64,000 bases of DNA from Gemmatimonas sp. (GTDB taxonomy: Bacteria; Gemmatimonadota; Gemmatimonadetes; Gemmatimonadales; Gemmatimonadaceae). A program made the position numbers and the translations under genes. The stretch covers positions 64,001-128,000 of the forward strand of contig JANNVQ010000054.1 of the NCBI GenBank assembly GCA_031414535.1, in the 5' to 3' direction. Each line of letters starts with the position of its first letter. The stretch's first letter is position 1. The notes beneath the pieces were generated by a model that saw only the letters and a program-made list of their open reading frames with translations, did not search any database and was not told the origin of the DNA. Shown piece after piece: positions 36,259 through 46,151 of this stretch.

Positions 36259-38177
36259 GCCGCCGGACCTCGCGTGCGCCAGCCCGCAATTTTCGCCATC
36301 AGCACCCGGAGGCTGACCGGTTTGGAGAGATAGTCCAAGGCCCCCGCGCGAATGGCCCGCAGTTGATCCGATTCCGTGGAATGCACCGACACGAACACCA
36401 CGCGGAACACACCAGGACGCTCGACGCGAAGGCGCTCATGCAGTGAGAATCCATCGAGGCCCGGAAGGTCCACATCGAGCAGCACCAGCGGAGAACGGCC
36501 TCGCACGCGCATGCCTCGCAACGCATCGAGCGCCTCGGGGCCATTCTGGTAGCGTGCCCAAGTGAGTCCACGGGCCGCCATGGCGAAGGTCATGAGGTCC
36601 GCGAGCGCGGCATCGTCCTCCACCACAATGACGTCCGGTGCGATGCCCGCGTCCGCGGGGTCCCAGCGGCGTACATAGGCGCCGGTGTCGCGCGCGGCGA
36701 GCCACGCTTCATCGGCAAGGCCCGCTAAGCGGATAGCCGAGGGATCAGCGCCGGGCGAGAGTTCCGCGATGCCAGCGCTCCACGGCACCACATCCACACG
36801 CGACGCTTCGGCGTACTGCTCCAGGCGCGTCAGCGCGACCGCGGCCTTCATCGGGAACAAGAACATCGCCGCCGTCTCATCATGGAAGCCCGCGAGCACC
36901 TGCTCAATGCCGAGGGCCGCGGCGAGCAGGCGCAACTCACGATGCCACAGCGCGGCGCGCTTCACGCCATCGGGTGGGTCAAGCGGTCGTACCACGGCCA
37001 AGGACATCGGGTTCGCGAGCGCTGCAGCGGCCGCCAATGCTTCATCGAAGGCCCGCACGGTGCGCTGGGGCAGCAGCAATCCCGTACCTGGGTGCACCCC
37101 GCTGGAGAGTTGGCGCTGACGCGACACCTCTAGCAGGCGCTCGATGCGCCGCAGGAGTTCCTCCGCCACCACGGGCTTGGACTGAAAGTCGTCGGCGCCC
37201 GCGACGAAGGCCGCGGTACGGGTGTCCACATCGGTGGAGCCAGACACCAGCACGATGGGAAGGTCCCGGTAGCGGTCGTCGCTCCTCAGCTGCTTGGTCA
37301 CCACCAATCCGTTGACGCCTGGCAACTCGATGTCGAGCAGGACCAGACCCGGCCGAACCTCGTCAATGGTGTTGATGATGTCGCGGGCATCGGTGCGGGA
37401 CTCCACAAACATCCCTTGGCGTTCGCACATGGCCCGCAGGAGGTCAATCATCGCGACATCATCGTCCACAATGAGCAGCGAGACGCCGACCAAACCCGTG
37501 TGCGTGGCCAAGGACTCCGCCATCAGCATGATCTCGCGCGGGTCGGTGCTCGCTTCGAGTAGGCGTGAGGACGCCGACCGCGGCGCGACGGCTCCATCTT
37601 TGCCCCGTAGTAGCAGGAGGGGCACACCCTCAGGCACTGAGAGCGCGACGTGGGCGCCCGCGACGACGATGGTGGGTTGCGTTGCTTCGAACACGGCGGC
37701 CACGCCCTGCGCGGTTACCTGCTCCACGGCATAGCCGCGGTGCATGGCCTCGGCCACGATGCCCGGTGCGACCTCTTCTGATACCTCCACGAGCAGCAGG
37801 CGCTGCTCCGGAACCTCGCCAGCGGGCGCAGGTGTTTCGGCGCCCTCGGGACGCAGCGAAGCACCAAGCGCGCGTACAAACTGGCGCACGATTCCAGCGC
37901 GCCGATCGTGGTCCATAGATGCATCCGCTGCCCAACGCACGGCGACCGGCTCCAAGGCGCCGGCCAAACGGCTCGCTTCGTGAAATCCATATGACCCGGC
38001 GGTGCCGTGCACGCGATGCAGCTCACGGCGAAGCGCATCCACGACCTCGGGAGCGGCCGGGTCTCGACTCAACTGCTCGGCGAGTTGGGAAAAGGCCGTC
38101 AGCGTGTTGCCACTCGAGGCCAGATACTTCTCACGGAGTTGTTTGAGGACTGCCGAGAGATCTGCCGGGCCGACCAT
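36255..38177 (-). CDS. Hpt-REC-degenerate GGDEF-REC signalling protein
   Basis: LHRVHGTAGSYG (Hpt), LLIVDDD..LLDIELPG..SKP (REC), HPGTGL..SLAVV..SAGIAE..LADEA (GGDEF-like, motif lost), IVVEDD..LLDVDLPG..SKP (REC). Confidence 0.82.
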   Translation of the reverse strand: MVGPADLSAVLKQLREKYLASSGNTLTAFSQLAEQLSRDPAAPEVVDALRRELHRVHGTAGSYGFHEASRLAGALEPVAVRWAADASMDHDRRAGIVRQFVRALGASLRPEGAETPAPAGEVPEQRLLLVEVSEEVAPGIVAEAMHRGYAVEQVTAQGVAAVFEATQPTIVVAGAHVALSVPEGVPLLLLRGKDGAVAPRSASSRLLEASTDPREIMLMAESLATHTGLVGVSLLIVDDDVAMIDLLRAMCERQGMFVESRTDARDIINTIDEVRPGLVLLDIELPGVNGLVVTKQLRSDDRYRDLPIVLVSGSTDVDTRTAAFVAGADDFQSKPVVAEELLRRIERLLEVSRQRQLSSGVHPGTGLLLPQRTVRAFDEALAAAAALANPMSLAVVRPLDPPDGVKRAALWHRELRLLAAALGIEQVLAGFHDETAAMFLFPMKAAVALTRLEQYAEASRVDVVPWSAGIAELSPGADPSAIRLAGLADEAWLAARDTGAYVRRWDPADAGIAPDVIVVEDDAALADLMTFAMAARGLTWARYQNGPEALDALRGMRVRGRSPLVLLDVDLPGLDGFSLHERLRVERPGVFRVVFVSVHSTESDQLRAIRAGALDYLSKPVSLRVLMAKIAGWRTRGPAA

Positions 38178-38325
38178 AGCGAAGCAAAGGGTTAGAGGGA
38201 CAGCGCCGTCTATAATGCAGGAAGTATCGCCCGCTCTCGGCCCGCCGGACACCCCCACTGTCAGAAAGAAACGCAAAGTGAATCCAGCCGTTGCCCCACC
38301 CGACGCGGCCCCACACTTTTCGTAG

Positions 38326-38691
38326 ATGAAACTGCTCTGCGCCGACGACGAACCCGACATCCGCATCATTCTGGAACTGGCACTCGGCCTTGAGCCAAGA
38401 ATCCACGCCGAAGTCCTCGCCTCTGGCATCGAGTTGCTGGAAAAGGTGAAGAACTTCAAGCCGGACGCTATTCTGCTCGACGCGATGATGCCCGACGTGG
38501 ACGGATACGAGACGTGTCGGCGCTTGAAGGCGGATCCCGAGACGGCGGCCATACCCGTGGTGTTTCTCACGGCTCGGGCGCAACGCGGCGAGCAGGACAC
38601 CGCCATCGAGGTTGGTGCGGTGGCCTGCATGACCAAGCCGTTTGATCCACTCACGCTTGCCGGCGAGTTACTAGTCACGCTCGGCCGCTGA
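38326..38691 (+). CDS. Single-domain response regulator
   Basis: LLCADDEPD, ILLDAMMP, VVFLTA, MTKPFD. Confidence 0.92.
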   Translation: MKLLCADDEPDIRIILELALGLEPRIHAEVLASGIELLEKVKNFKPDAILLDAMMPDVDGYETCRRLKADPETAAIPVVFLTARAQRGEQDTAIEVGAVACMTKPFDPLTLAGELLVTLGR

Positions 38692-38741
38692 GCTGACCCG
38701 TTGTGATCACTGCGCGGCGCATTTCAGGGCAGGTTTGGATT

Positions 38742-41411
38742 ATGCGAACTGCCACGCTCGCGCTGGGTGCTTGCGTATGCGTCAGCGCTGTGCTTGGCGC
38801 CCAGCAGCCGGCCTCCTCCACACGCTGCGACATCAGCACTGCCAACGCGGCGATTGACGCCGGCTGGGAGGCGTGGCGCCTCAACAACATTGCGAGGGCC
38901 GATTCCCTTTTTCGCCGTGGGGTCATTGCCTGCCGGGAGGCGAGGCGCGGCTGGACTGGTCTGGGTTATGTGGCCCTCCGTCGTGACTTACTTCCGCTCT
39001 CGGTAGCGCGCTTCGACACAGCCTTCGCCGTCGACAGCACCCGCGACGCAGACGAAGCCATTGGCCTCGGCCTCGCGACCTTCCGTTTAGGCAACTTCGC
39101 GCGCGCGCGTGCAGCGTTTCTTCTCGCGGATTCGCTTGCACCGGGAGATGCACTCGTTGCCGACTACCTGCGACGCCTCCCCGCCCCCGTTGATGCGGCG
39201 GCCCTGCCGACGCGCCCGCGACCCACGGAGCGCGTGATTGCCGCGCGGACGGGCAAGCGCATACTCGAAGTCCCCGATGGCCGCGGTGGATGGCGGCCAT
39301 TGTGGGTGAAGGCCGTGAACCTCGGCGCCGCACTTCCCGGTAAACATCCCAGCGAGTTTCCACCGGATGATGGCACATACGAGGGCTGGATTCGCGACAT
39401 CGCTGAGATGGGCGCCAACAGCGTTCGCGTCTATACCATTCATCCACCGCACTTCTACCGTGCGCTACGCGAGTGGAACACCACGCGCCCGGATTCCACG
39501 CTCTGGTTGATTCACGGGGTGTGGACGGAGCTTCCTCCGGGAGTGAAGGAAGAGCGCTACGATGATGTCAGGTGGAACGCCGCGTTCTTAGCGGAGATGC
39601 AACGCGTTGTTGATCTCCTGCACGGCCACGCCGCTATCGCGCCGCGTCCTGGGCATGCCAGCGGGATGTACACGGCAGACGTGTCGAGTTGGACCATTGG
39701 CTACATCCTCGGGCGCGAGTGGGAGCCTTACTCCGTACAGGCTTACGCCGCCCTGCATCCGACGCGTCGCACGTTTGCCGGCCGCTACGTGCAGCTACAG
39801 AATGGCAATGCCGTGGACGTCTGGCTCGCTCAGGTCGCAGATTCTACCATCAGCTACGAGATGGCGCGCTGGAATACACAGCGCCCGATGGCCTACACCA
39901 ATTGGCCGACGCTCGATCCGCTGCGGCATCCAACTGAGACCTCGCGCGCCGAGGAAGCCGCGTGGCTCCAGCGTCGTCGTGAACGCGTACCAGAAGTTTC
40001 TAAGGAATACGACAACGACGTCATCGCACTCGACGCCACGTTGATGCGCAGCACCGCGGCGTTTCCTGCGGGACTCTTCGCATCGTTCCATGCGTATCCG
40101 TACTACCCAGAGTTCATGGTGCTTGATTCGGCGTACGCATCAGCTCGTTCTCCCGAGGGACCAAGCGCCTACTTTGGCTACCTGCAGGAGTTGGTGGCAT
40201 ATCACGGCGACATGCCCGTGATCATCTCGGAGTACGGTGTGCCGAGCTCGCGCGGCAACGCGCACTTGCAACCGCAGGGCTGGCATCACGGCGGGCACGA
40301 TGAACAGGCGCAGGCGGCCATCAATGCAAGGCTCACGCGAGACATCGCCGCGAGTGGTGCAGCCGGTGCAGGATTATTTGCCCTGATTGACGAGTGGTTC
40401 AAGAAGAACTGGCTGGTGATTGACTTTGAGCGCCCAGCTGAACGGAATCGTCTGTGGCTCAACGCGCTCGACGCCGAGCAGAACTACGGCGTGATTGCGC
40501 TGCGGGCGGGGCGCCGCGACTCCGCGATTGTCATTGATGGTCGCGGTGACGATTGGCGCGGACGTACGCCGATGTACCAGCAATCCGCCGACGCAGCGGC
40601 CACCTCAGATGCGCAGCGCGTGGAGGCCTTCTGGGTGCATTCCGATGAGGCCTACGTGTACCTGCGCGTAGATATGGGGCGCGTCGACTGGACGAGCACG
40701 CGAGTACTCGTGGGCATCGACACCTATCAGGCCTCACTCGGCGACACGCAGTTGCCGCGCGGCGGGAGCCGCGCGCCGGTAGGCATGGAATTTGTGCTCG
40801 ACCTTGGGGGGCCCAGCGACGCACGTCTCTTAGTGGACCGCGCGTACAACCTGTATCGCGCGGCGCCAATCGTCGGCACGCGGCCTCTGCGCACGCAGTC
40901 GGTGTACAACCGACCATTCCGTAGCCGCGCCAATACCGATGGGCTCTACGACACGCTCTGGGTCACGCCGAACCGCCGCACCTTTGGGCGCGACGGCCGC
41001 GTGTATGAAGCGCAGCGTCTAGAACGCAACCTGCTGCGGCACGCCCGGCAGCAGGAGACCACGCTGGCCGACTGGTACGCGGATTCGGCCACCGGTGTGA
41101 TTGAGATCCGGCTGCCCTGGGGGATGCTGCATGTCACCGATCCGTCGTCGCATCAAGTGCTGTTTGGTCTCGATGGCACGTACCCGGCGTCCGTGACGAC
41201 AGACGGGTTTCGATTCGTGGTGCAGGCAGTCGATAAGGCAACGCAGCAGCCGCAAGCATCGCTCCCGAGCGCAGCGGCCGGATTCGCCACACCGCCGCTA
41301 TGGCGATGGGCCGGCTGGGAGGAGCCGCGTTGGTACGCGGAGCGGAAGCCAGTGTTTGATGCGATGCGCGAAACCTTCCGTGCTATTCCCGACGCGGGAA
41401 TCCCGCGCTAA
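38742..41411 (+). CDS. Secreted TPR plus putative clan GH-A TIM-barrel glycoside hydrolase
   Basis: Signal peptide, TPR-like helices, KAVNLG, MGANSVRVYT, GYILGREWEP, FHAYPYYP, PVIISEYG (candidate catalytic Glu pair). Confidence 0.7.
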   Translation: MRTATLALGACVCVSAVLGAQQPASSTRCDISTANAAIDAGWEAWRLNNIARADSLFRRGVIACREARRGWTGLGYVALRRDLLPLSVARFDTAFAVDSTRDADEAIGLGLATFRLGNFARARAAFLLADSLAPGDALVADYLRRLPAPVDAAALPTRPRPTERVIAARTGKRILEVPDGRGGWRPLWVKAVNLGAALPGKHPSEFPPDDGTYEGWIRDIAEMGANSVRVYTIHPPHFYRALREWNTTRPDSTLWLIHGVWTELPPGVKEERYDDVRWNAAFLAEMQRVVDLLHGHAAIAPRPGHASGMYTADVSSWTIGYILGREWEPYSVQAYAALHPTRRTFAGRYVQLQNGNAVDVWLAQVADSTISYEMARWNTQRPMAYTNWPTLDPLRHPTETSRAEEAAWLQRRRERVPEVSKEYDNDVIALDATLMRSTAAFPAGLFASFHAYPYYPEFMVLDSAYASARSPEGPSAYFGYLQELVAYHGDMPVIISEYGVPSSRGNAHLQPQGWHHGGHDEQAQAAINARLTRDIAASGAAGAGLFALIDEWFKKNWLVIDFERPAERNRLWLNALDAEQNYGVIALRAGRRDSAIVIDGRGDDWRGRTPMYQQSADAAATSDAQRVEAFWVHSDEAYVYLRVDMGRVDWTSTRVLVGIDTYQASLGDTQLPRGGSRAPVGMEFVLDLGGPSDARLLVDRAYNLYRAAPIVGTRPLRTQSVYNRPFRSRANTDGLYDTLWVTPNRRTFGRDGRVYEAQRLERNLLRHARQQETTLADWYADSATGVIEIRLPWGMLHVTDPSSHQVLFGLDGTYPASVTTDGFRFVVQAVDKATQQPQASLPSAAAGFATPPLWRWAGWEEPRWYAERKPVFDAMRETFRAIPDAGIPR

Positions 41412-44188
41412 CGCCGCGGTAGACGCCGCAACTCCGCGCGCACCGCAACGGGATTGAGGTACAGCGACGACGCATCACGCGGTGCGCGCGCCGCAGCCTC
41501 CAGCCACGTCCGCGCCTCGGCGGTCCGACCGAGCGCGACGAGCGACTTCGCGAGATACCAGTTGCTCCGCGTGAAGCCGAGGCTCGGAAACACGATCGCC
41601 CGGCGGAACTCCGCCGCCGCATTCTCGTAGCGCTGGCGCGCCAGCCACGCGAGGCCCCGCACGTGATGATGCAGGTAATGGTCGCGCACATAACGACTCC
41701 GCGGCCCAAGTACCGCCAGCGTATCGGCGAGCGCGAACAAGCCGGTCGTGTCACCCGCCTCGTAACGGGCGGTCGCCGCGAGCGTGCGATTCCACACCAC
41801 GCGACGCGCCCGACCGGCTTCGGACTCGACGACTTGCGGGCGCGCGAACGCGATGGAATCGAAGATCGCCGCGGCCTGCGCACCGGCACCCCGCTCGAGG
41901 TGCACCACGGCCTCAAGCACCGTCGGCGGCGTCGTACCCGGACCGGCGCTTTGGCTGACCCGGCGATACGCTTGCGCCGCCGCAAGTGCACGATCGAATG
42001 CACCGGCATTCCGGTACATGATGGCACGATCCCAGAGCGAGGTTGGCGTTCGCCCGGCACTCGCGGGATCGAGTGTCGCTTCCACACCGGAAAAGGCCGC
42101 CGTATCGCCGCGCCTGCTGGCAGCCTGTAGCAGCCAGCCGCGCGATGCGGGAAATCCACGGTCGACATTCTCGGACACCAGCTTCTCCAACTCTCGGTGG
42201 CGATTCACATCGCGCTCCAAGAGGGACGCGAGGCGATGCCAGGCGAGGACGTCGTTGGGCGCGAGCTTGAGATACCGCTTCATCCAGCTCTCTGCCGCAG
42301 CCAAGGAATCTTGGTTCTCCGCCACCGTGACGATGTGCTGCACGGCTTCGCAGGCGTAGCAGCGGCCAGCGCCGCGGCCGATGCGTGCGCTGTCCGCCAC
42401 CCATACGGACAGCAGCGCCGCGTGCGCCCGTGCGAAGTCGCCCCGCTGGAACAGTGCGGGGCCGGCCGTGCCCATTCGCACTTCAAGGTCGTTGGGATAA
42501 CGCGCCGCCAAGGTGTCGAAAATCGCATCGGCCGCCGGATCATTCATCTCGACGAGCCACGTCGCCCGGATCAGCATTGCGTCGCGCGGCGCGGCGCGTT
42601 GCTGCATGCGCATGGCAAGTTCGAGGAAGGCGCGCGATTCCCGGCCGCCCTCGGGGAGCATGCCCGACAGCGCCAGCGCAGCGAGCGCGAAGGTGCTGTC
42701 CTCGGCCAAGGCGCCGCGTAGCTGAGCGCGCGCCGCGTCATCCCGGCCCTCGGATTGGGCGCGACGCGCGGCTTGGTAGAGGCGCCAGGCCTCGAGCGAT
42801 TTGGTGGAGACTTCCGCCACGGAAGTGCTCGGTGCGCTGCGCGAGAGGGATTGCAGCAGCTGCACCGACGCAGAGTCCACGAGCGCGAACGCCCCGCTGG
42901 CCTCGCTCCGATACGCAGCCACAACCACACCCCGCGTGAGTTCGATGCGCCGCAGATCGAGCCGCCAACGCGCCCCGTCGCGCAGGATAGTCCCCTCGAT
43001 GAGTTCTTGCGCGCCTGCCTCACGCGCCGCGCGAAGCGAGGCCCCGGCCGCGGCTTCGGCCCCCGCCTGCAGTTCCATCATCCGCGCGGCACTCACCACC
43101 GCGATTCCCTCCGCGCGCGCGAGATTCGTGGCGAGCATGCTCGCGATCGTTTCCCCAATTGCGTCGCCACCGATGGTACCGACGGCGAGCACGGGCACCG
43201 TGTCAGCCACCGCCGCTTGCGGCGCTCCGTCCTTCCCCACTCCTCGCAAGCCGAGCGCAACAATCGCCATCACCACCGCGAACACGGAGACGATGGCAAA
43301 CACCGGCCAACGCGGCGGTGCGGGCCTCGGGGCCGCCACTGGCTCTTTGTCCTCGCGAATCTCGGCAACAGGATCGGCAACTCTTTGCGATGCCACCGGC
43401 ACTTCCACTGCAGGCATCGTCGGTGCAAGCATCGTTGGCGCAGGAGGCGGCGACGACACCTCGCCGCGCTGCAACTCCTCCATCAGCCTCAGCACCTCCG
43501 CCGAGGGGGCCGCCTCCAGTTCCTGCTGCACAAGCACAGCGTGGATACGAAGCTGCCGGATCCCGGCCTCACGGTCACCTGAGGCCACCAGAGCACGCGC
43601 AAAGTCCACGGCGGCTCGTCCCGAGAGCGGATCTGCATTTGCGAGGAGCCGCCGGAGCCGCACCGACCGGACGGAGTCGCCTGCGCGTGCCGCTTGCTCT
43701 GCAACGCGGCTCGCGACGGCCCTCCATTTCTGTTCGCATTCATTACGGGATTCCTCGGACCAGAACTCGAATTCCCGCACTTCTGGTAGTTCAAATCCTT
43801 CAAGCAGCGGTGCCGTCCGGAGGTCAGCGGCGGCTCCTTCGGCACCCTCCTTTACCTGCCGCAGAAAATCCCAGTAGTCGCACGACAGCCGATCCTCGTT
43901 CAGCCGGAGATCGGTGGAGCCGAGCACCACATCGTCAGTGCCCAAGTCGCGGCGAATCGCATACAAGGCCTGACTCAACGCTGCTCGGCCACGCTCCTGA
44001 TCATCCCCAGGCCAAAGGATGGAGAGCAGACGCTCGCGCGAGACCGCCGGCCTCCCTGGGGGAGCCTCGACCGCCAACACCGCCACCAGTGCGAGCCGGC
44101 GCCGTTGGGCCAGCGAGCCGCCGACTTGGGCCCCGTCTCGCCAAACACCGGGCGCACCGAAGAGCTGTATTCGCAACGAGTTAGGCAC
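41408..44188 (-). CDS. SARP/BTAD family transmembrane transcriptional regulator with TPRs
   Basis: LRIQLFG, RRRLALVAVL, VSRERLLSILWP, LSQALYAIRRDLG, DPLSGRAA, a TM helix, then TolB_N-like and TPR-like regions. Confidence 0.82.
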   Translation of the reverse strand: MPNSLRIQLFGAPGVWRDGAQVGGSLAQRRRLALVAVLAVEAPPGRPAVSRERLLSILWPGDDQERGRAALSQALYAIRRDLGTDDVVLGSTDLRLNEDRLSCDYWDFLRQVKEGAEGAAADLRTAPLLEGFELPEVREFEFWSEESRNECEQKWRAVASRVAEQAARAGDSVRSVRLRRLLANADPLSGRAAVDFARALVASGDREAGIRQLRIHAVLVQQELEAAPSAEVLRLMEELQRGEVSSPPPAPTMLAPTMPAVEVPVASQRVADPVAEIREDKEPVAAPRPAPPRWPVFAIVSVFAVVMAIVALGLRGVGKDGAPQAAVADTVPVLAVGTIGGDAIGETIASMLATNLARAEGIAVVSAARMMELQAGAEAAAGASLRAAREAGAQELIEGTILRDGARWRLDLRRIELTRGVVVAAYRSEASGAFALVDSASVQLLQSLSRSAPSTSVAEVSTKSLEAWRLYQAARRAQSEGRDDAARAQLRGALAEDSTFALAALALSGMLPEGGRESRAFLELAMRMQQRAAPRDAMLIRATWLVEMNDPAADAIFDTLAARYPNDLEVRMGTAGPALFQRGDFARAHAALLSVWVADSARIGRGAGRCYACEAVQHIVTVAENQDSLAAAESWMKRYLKLAPNDVLAWHRLASLLERDVNRHRELEKLVSENVDRGFPASRGWLLQAASRRGDTAAFSGVEATLDPASAGRTPTSLWDRAIMYRNAGAFDRALAAAQAYRRVSQSAGPGTTPPTVLEAVVHLERGAGAQAAAIFDSIAFARPQVVESEAGRARRVVWNRTLAATARYEAGDTTGLFALADTLAVLGPRSRYVRDHYLHHHVRGLAWLARQRYENAAAEFRRAIVFPSLGFTRSNWYLAKSLVALGRTAEARTWLEAAARAPRDASSLYLNPVAVRAELRRLPRR

Positions 44189-44284
44189 AGGTGAGACTGA
44201 GGTGAGAGCCTGGGCGAATCGGCGTGAGGGCGCCGACGAATATATCGCCGCGTCCCTTACTCACAACCTGTTTTGGAGGTTCCA

Positions 44285-45214
44285 GTGTTCCGTTCTACTC
44301 GACTCACCGCATCGCTACTGCTGGCCGTGCTGGCTGCCTGCGACCCGGCATCAGCACCGCTCACTCCGCCCCTCGAGCCACTGCCGCCGCCGCTGACGCC
44401 GGGCGTCTGGCATCTCGTGCAGGCCGACGGCCAGCCCCTTCCTGCCTACGTCGCTCACCGCCTCGTCGGAGGACAGCTTGAGCAGGTGTACGTAGACTCC
44501 GCGCGCATTGAACTCGACCAACAAGGCCGGTGGACTCAAAGCATCTTCCGCCGCGTCCTTCGCGACGGCCAACTGCAGTACCGCGAAGTGTGGTTCGATC
44601 AAGGCGTCTCCACTCCCTCCGCAGAGACCTACACCTTCACGTCAAATGGCGGGAGCCGAGTCGCGACGGTCAACAACCGTACGGCTGGGCGCCTAGACGT
44701 GATTGAGCCCATGGTCGTGTGGCCGGGTTCCGGACTCGTGGCCTCGAGATACGAACCGCGTCGCAGCGTAACCGTCCCCCCAGGGGACTCGTCTGGCACG
44801 GTTGTCACCATGACGGCGTTCCGTGCCGTGTCAGCGAACGGCGCAGCGCTGCCTGCGGTTGTGCTTGAGATCGACGACGAGCCAGCGGAAGGTAACGGGA
44901 CGAGATTCCTGCTCGACTCGGCGTGGGTGAGCCTTTCCAGCGACGGCACATATCGCCGTACGGTGGCCTACTCGGAGTGGCAGTCGCCGAACCCAGCGCT
45001 GGGATTGGGATGGACGAAGTTCGGAAGCACGAGGCGCTTGGACTGGGGCAGCTTCACGCGGAACGACAAGAACATCACGCTCACCAGCGCGTACTTCCAG
45101 AATTTCGTCGTGACGGGCGAGCTGCGCGCTGACGGCAAGCTGCTGCTGCAGCATGGGCTTGAGCCGCGTGATGAGATGTCGCTCACGGTGTCCTACGATC
45201 GCATCATACCGTGA
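44285..45214 (+). CDS. Lipoprotein with two repeated beta-rich (lipocalin-like) domains
   Basis: GGAGG RBS, GTG 44285, lipobox LAA-C; repeats GVWHLVQADGQPLPA..VDSARIEL and AFRAVSANGAALPA..LDSAWVSL. Confidence 0.7.
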   Translation: MFRSTRLTASLLLAVLAACDPASAPLTPPLEPLPPPLTPGVWHLVQADGQPLPAYVAHRLVGGQLEQVYVDSARIELDQQGRWTQSIFRRVLRDGQLQYREVWFDQGVSTPSAETYTFTSNGGSRVATVNNRTAGRLDVIEPMVVWPGSGLVASRYEPRRSVTVPPGDSSGTVVTMTAFRAVSANGAALPAVVLEIDDEPAEGNGTRFLLDSAWVSLSSDGTYRRTVAYSEWQSPNPALGLGWTKFGSTRRLDWGSFTRNDKNITLTSAYFQNFVVTGELRADGKLLLQHGLEPRDEMSLTVSYDRIIP

Positions 45215-46116
45215 GCGCCGTGTCCCTCAGGAGATTCGGGTTCTGTAGCCTCGTCGTGGCGCTGAGTGCCTGTGCCACGACGGGGGCTACGCTGGGCAGC
45301 GGTGTGGGCGATGCGATGCTCTCGCAGCCTCCTTGGTACGCGGGAGCACGCACCACGCCCACTAGCCGCCCCGACGTGCCCGTCGGCGCCTTGCCCATCA
45401 TGTACCAGACGCGAGACGGACGCGGGGAGATCTTCGATCCGCAGGGTGCCCCGGGTTCAGCGATTGCGACCCTGCTGGAGGAGATGAACGCGTTCTTGCC
45501 TTCGCTCACGGCGAGCAACGCAGTCCCCCTGCGACTGCTCTCCGGCGCGTCGGTGGGAACGCCGCCGGACGTCCGCTTTGGTTGTTTGACGGAGGGTAAT
45601 CTGCCGGGCGAGGAGTGCGTCGCGCGGGGCGATAGCGTCTTGGGTCGCATTCCAAACCTCAATCAGATGAAGCTCGAAGTCGGCCGGCCGTCGCCCGAGT
45701 GGACGGCCTCGGCCTCGGCGGAGGCGGCGAAGCATGGCGTGGACTACACGCTCGTCATCGCATTGGAAGTCGGCGAGTACGTCATCCGTCAGACGGGAAT
45801 GGCTGGCAACAAGTCCGTGGACCTCGGCAGCAACCACGTCCAGTCTCTGCCTTGGCTGACATCACTAGAGCAACCGGTCCAAGTGCTTCAGCTGACCGGG
45901 GCACTGGTGGGTCGAGATGGCAAGGCGATTCGGATCGGTGCCGAAGGCGTGATCGCGAAGCGTACGCCCATCGTTGCGAGCGGCTTTGGGGTGAGCGCAT
46001 TGATTAGCGACGCCGATGTCGAGCTGCTGCGTACACGGCGACGGGAGGACTTACCCGGTAATCCGCTCGCGTGGCAGGAAGCGCTGCGTGAGCTCGTGCG
46101 GGGACTCACTCGCTAA
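45211..46116 (+). CDS. Hypothetical lipoprotein
   Basis: Lipobox LSA-C; start overlaps previous stop (GTGA). Confidence 0.72.
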   Translation: MSAVSLRRFGFCSLVVALSACATTGATLGSGVGDAMLSQPPWYAGARTTPTSRPDVPVGALPIMYQTRDGRGEIFDPQGAPGSAIATLLEEMNAFLPSLTASNAVPLRLLSGASVGTPPDVRFGCLTEGNLPGEECVARGDSVLGRIPNLNQMKLEVGRPSPEWTASASAEAAKHGVDYTLVIALEVGEYVIRQTGMAGNKSVDLGSNHVQSLPWLTSLEQPVQVLQLTGALVGRDGKAIRIGAEGVIAKRTPIVASGFGVSALISDADVELLRTRRREDLPGNPLAWQEALRELVRGLTR

Positions 46117-46151
46117 GGATTCTGGACGTGCTGGAGGCATCTTGCGATGCT

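Noticed and set aside
38178..38678. N-terminal extension of the 807-aa ORF
   Set aside because: Antisense to the clear response regulator at 38326-38691; the Hpt domain starts near ATG 38177
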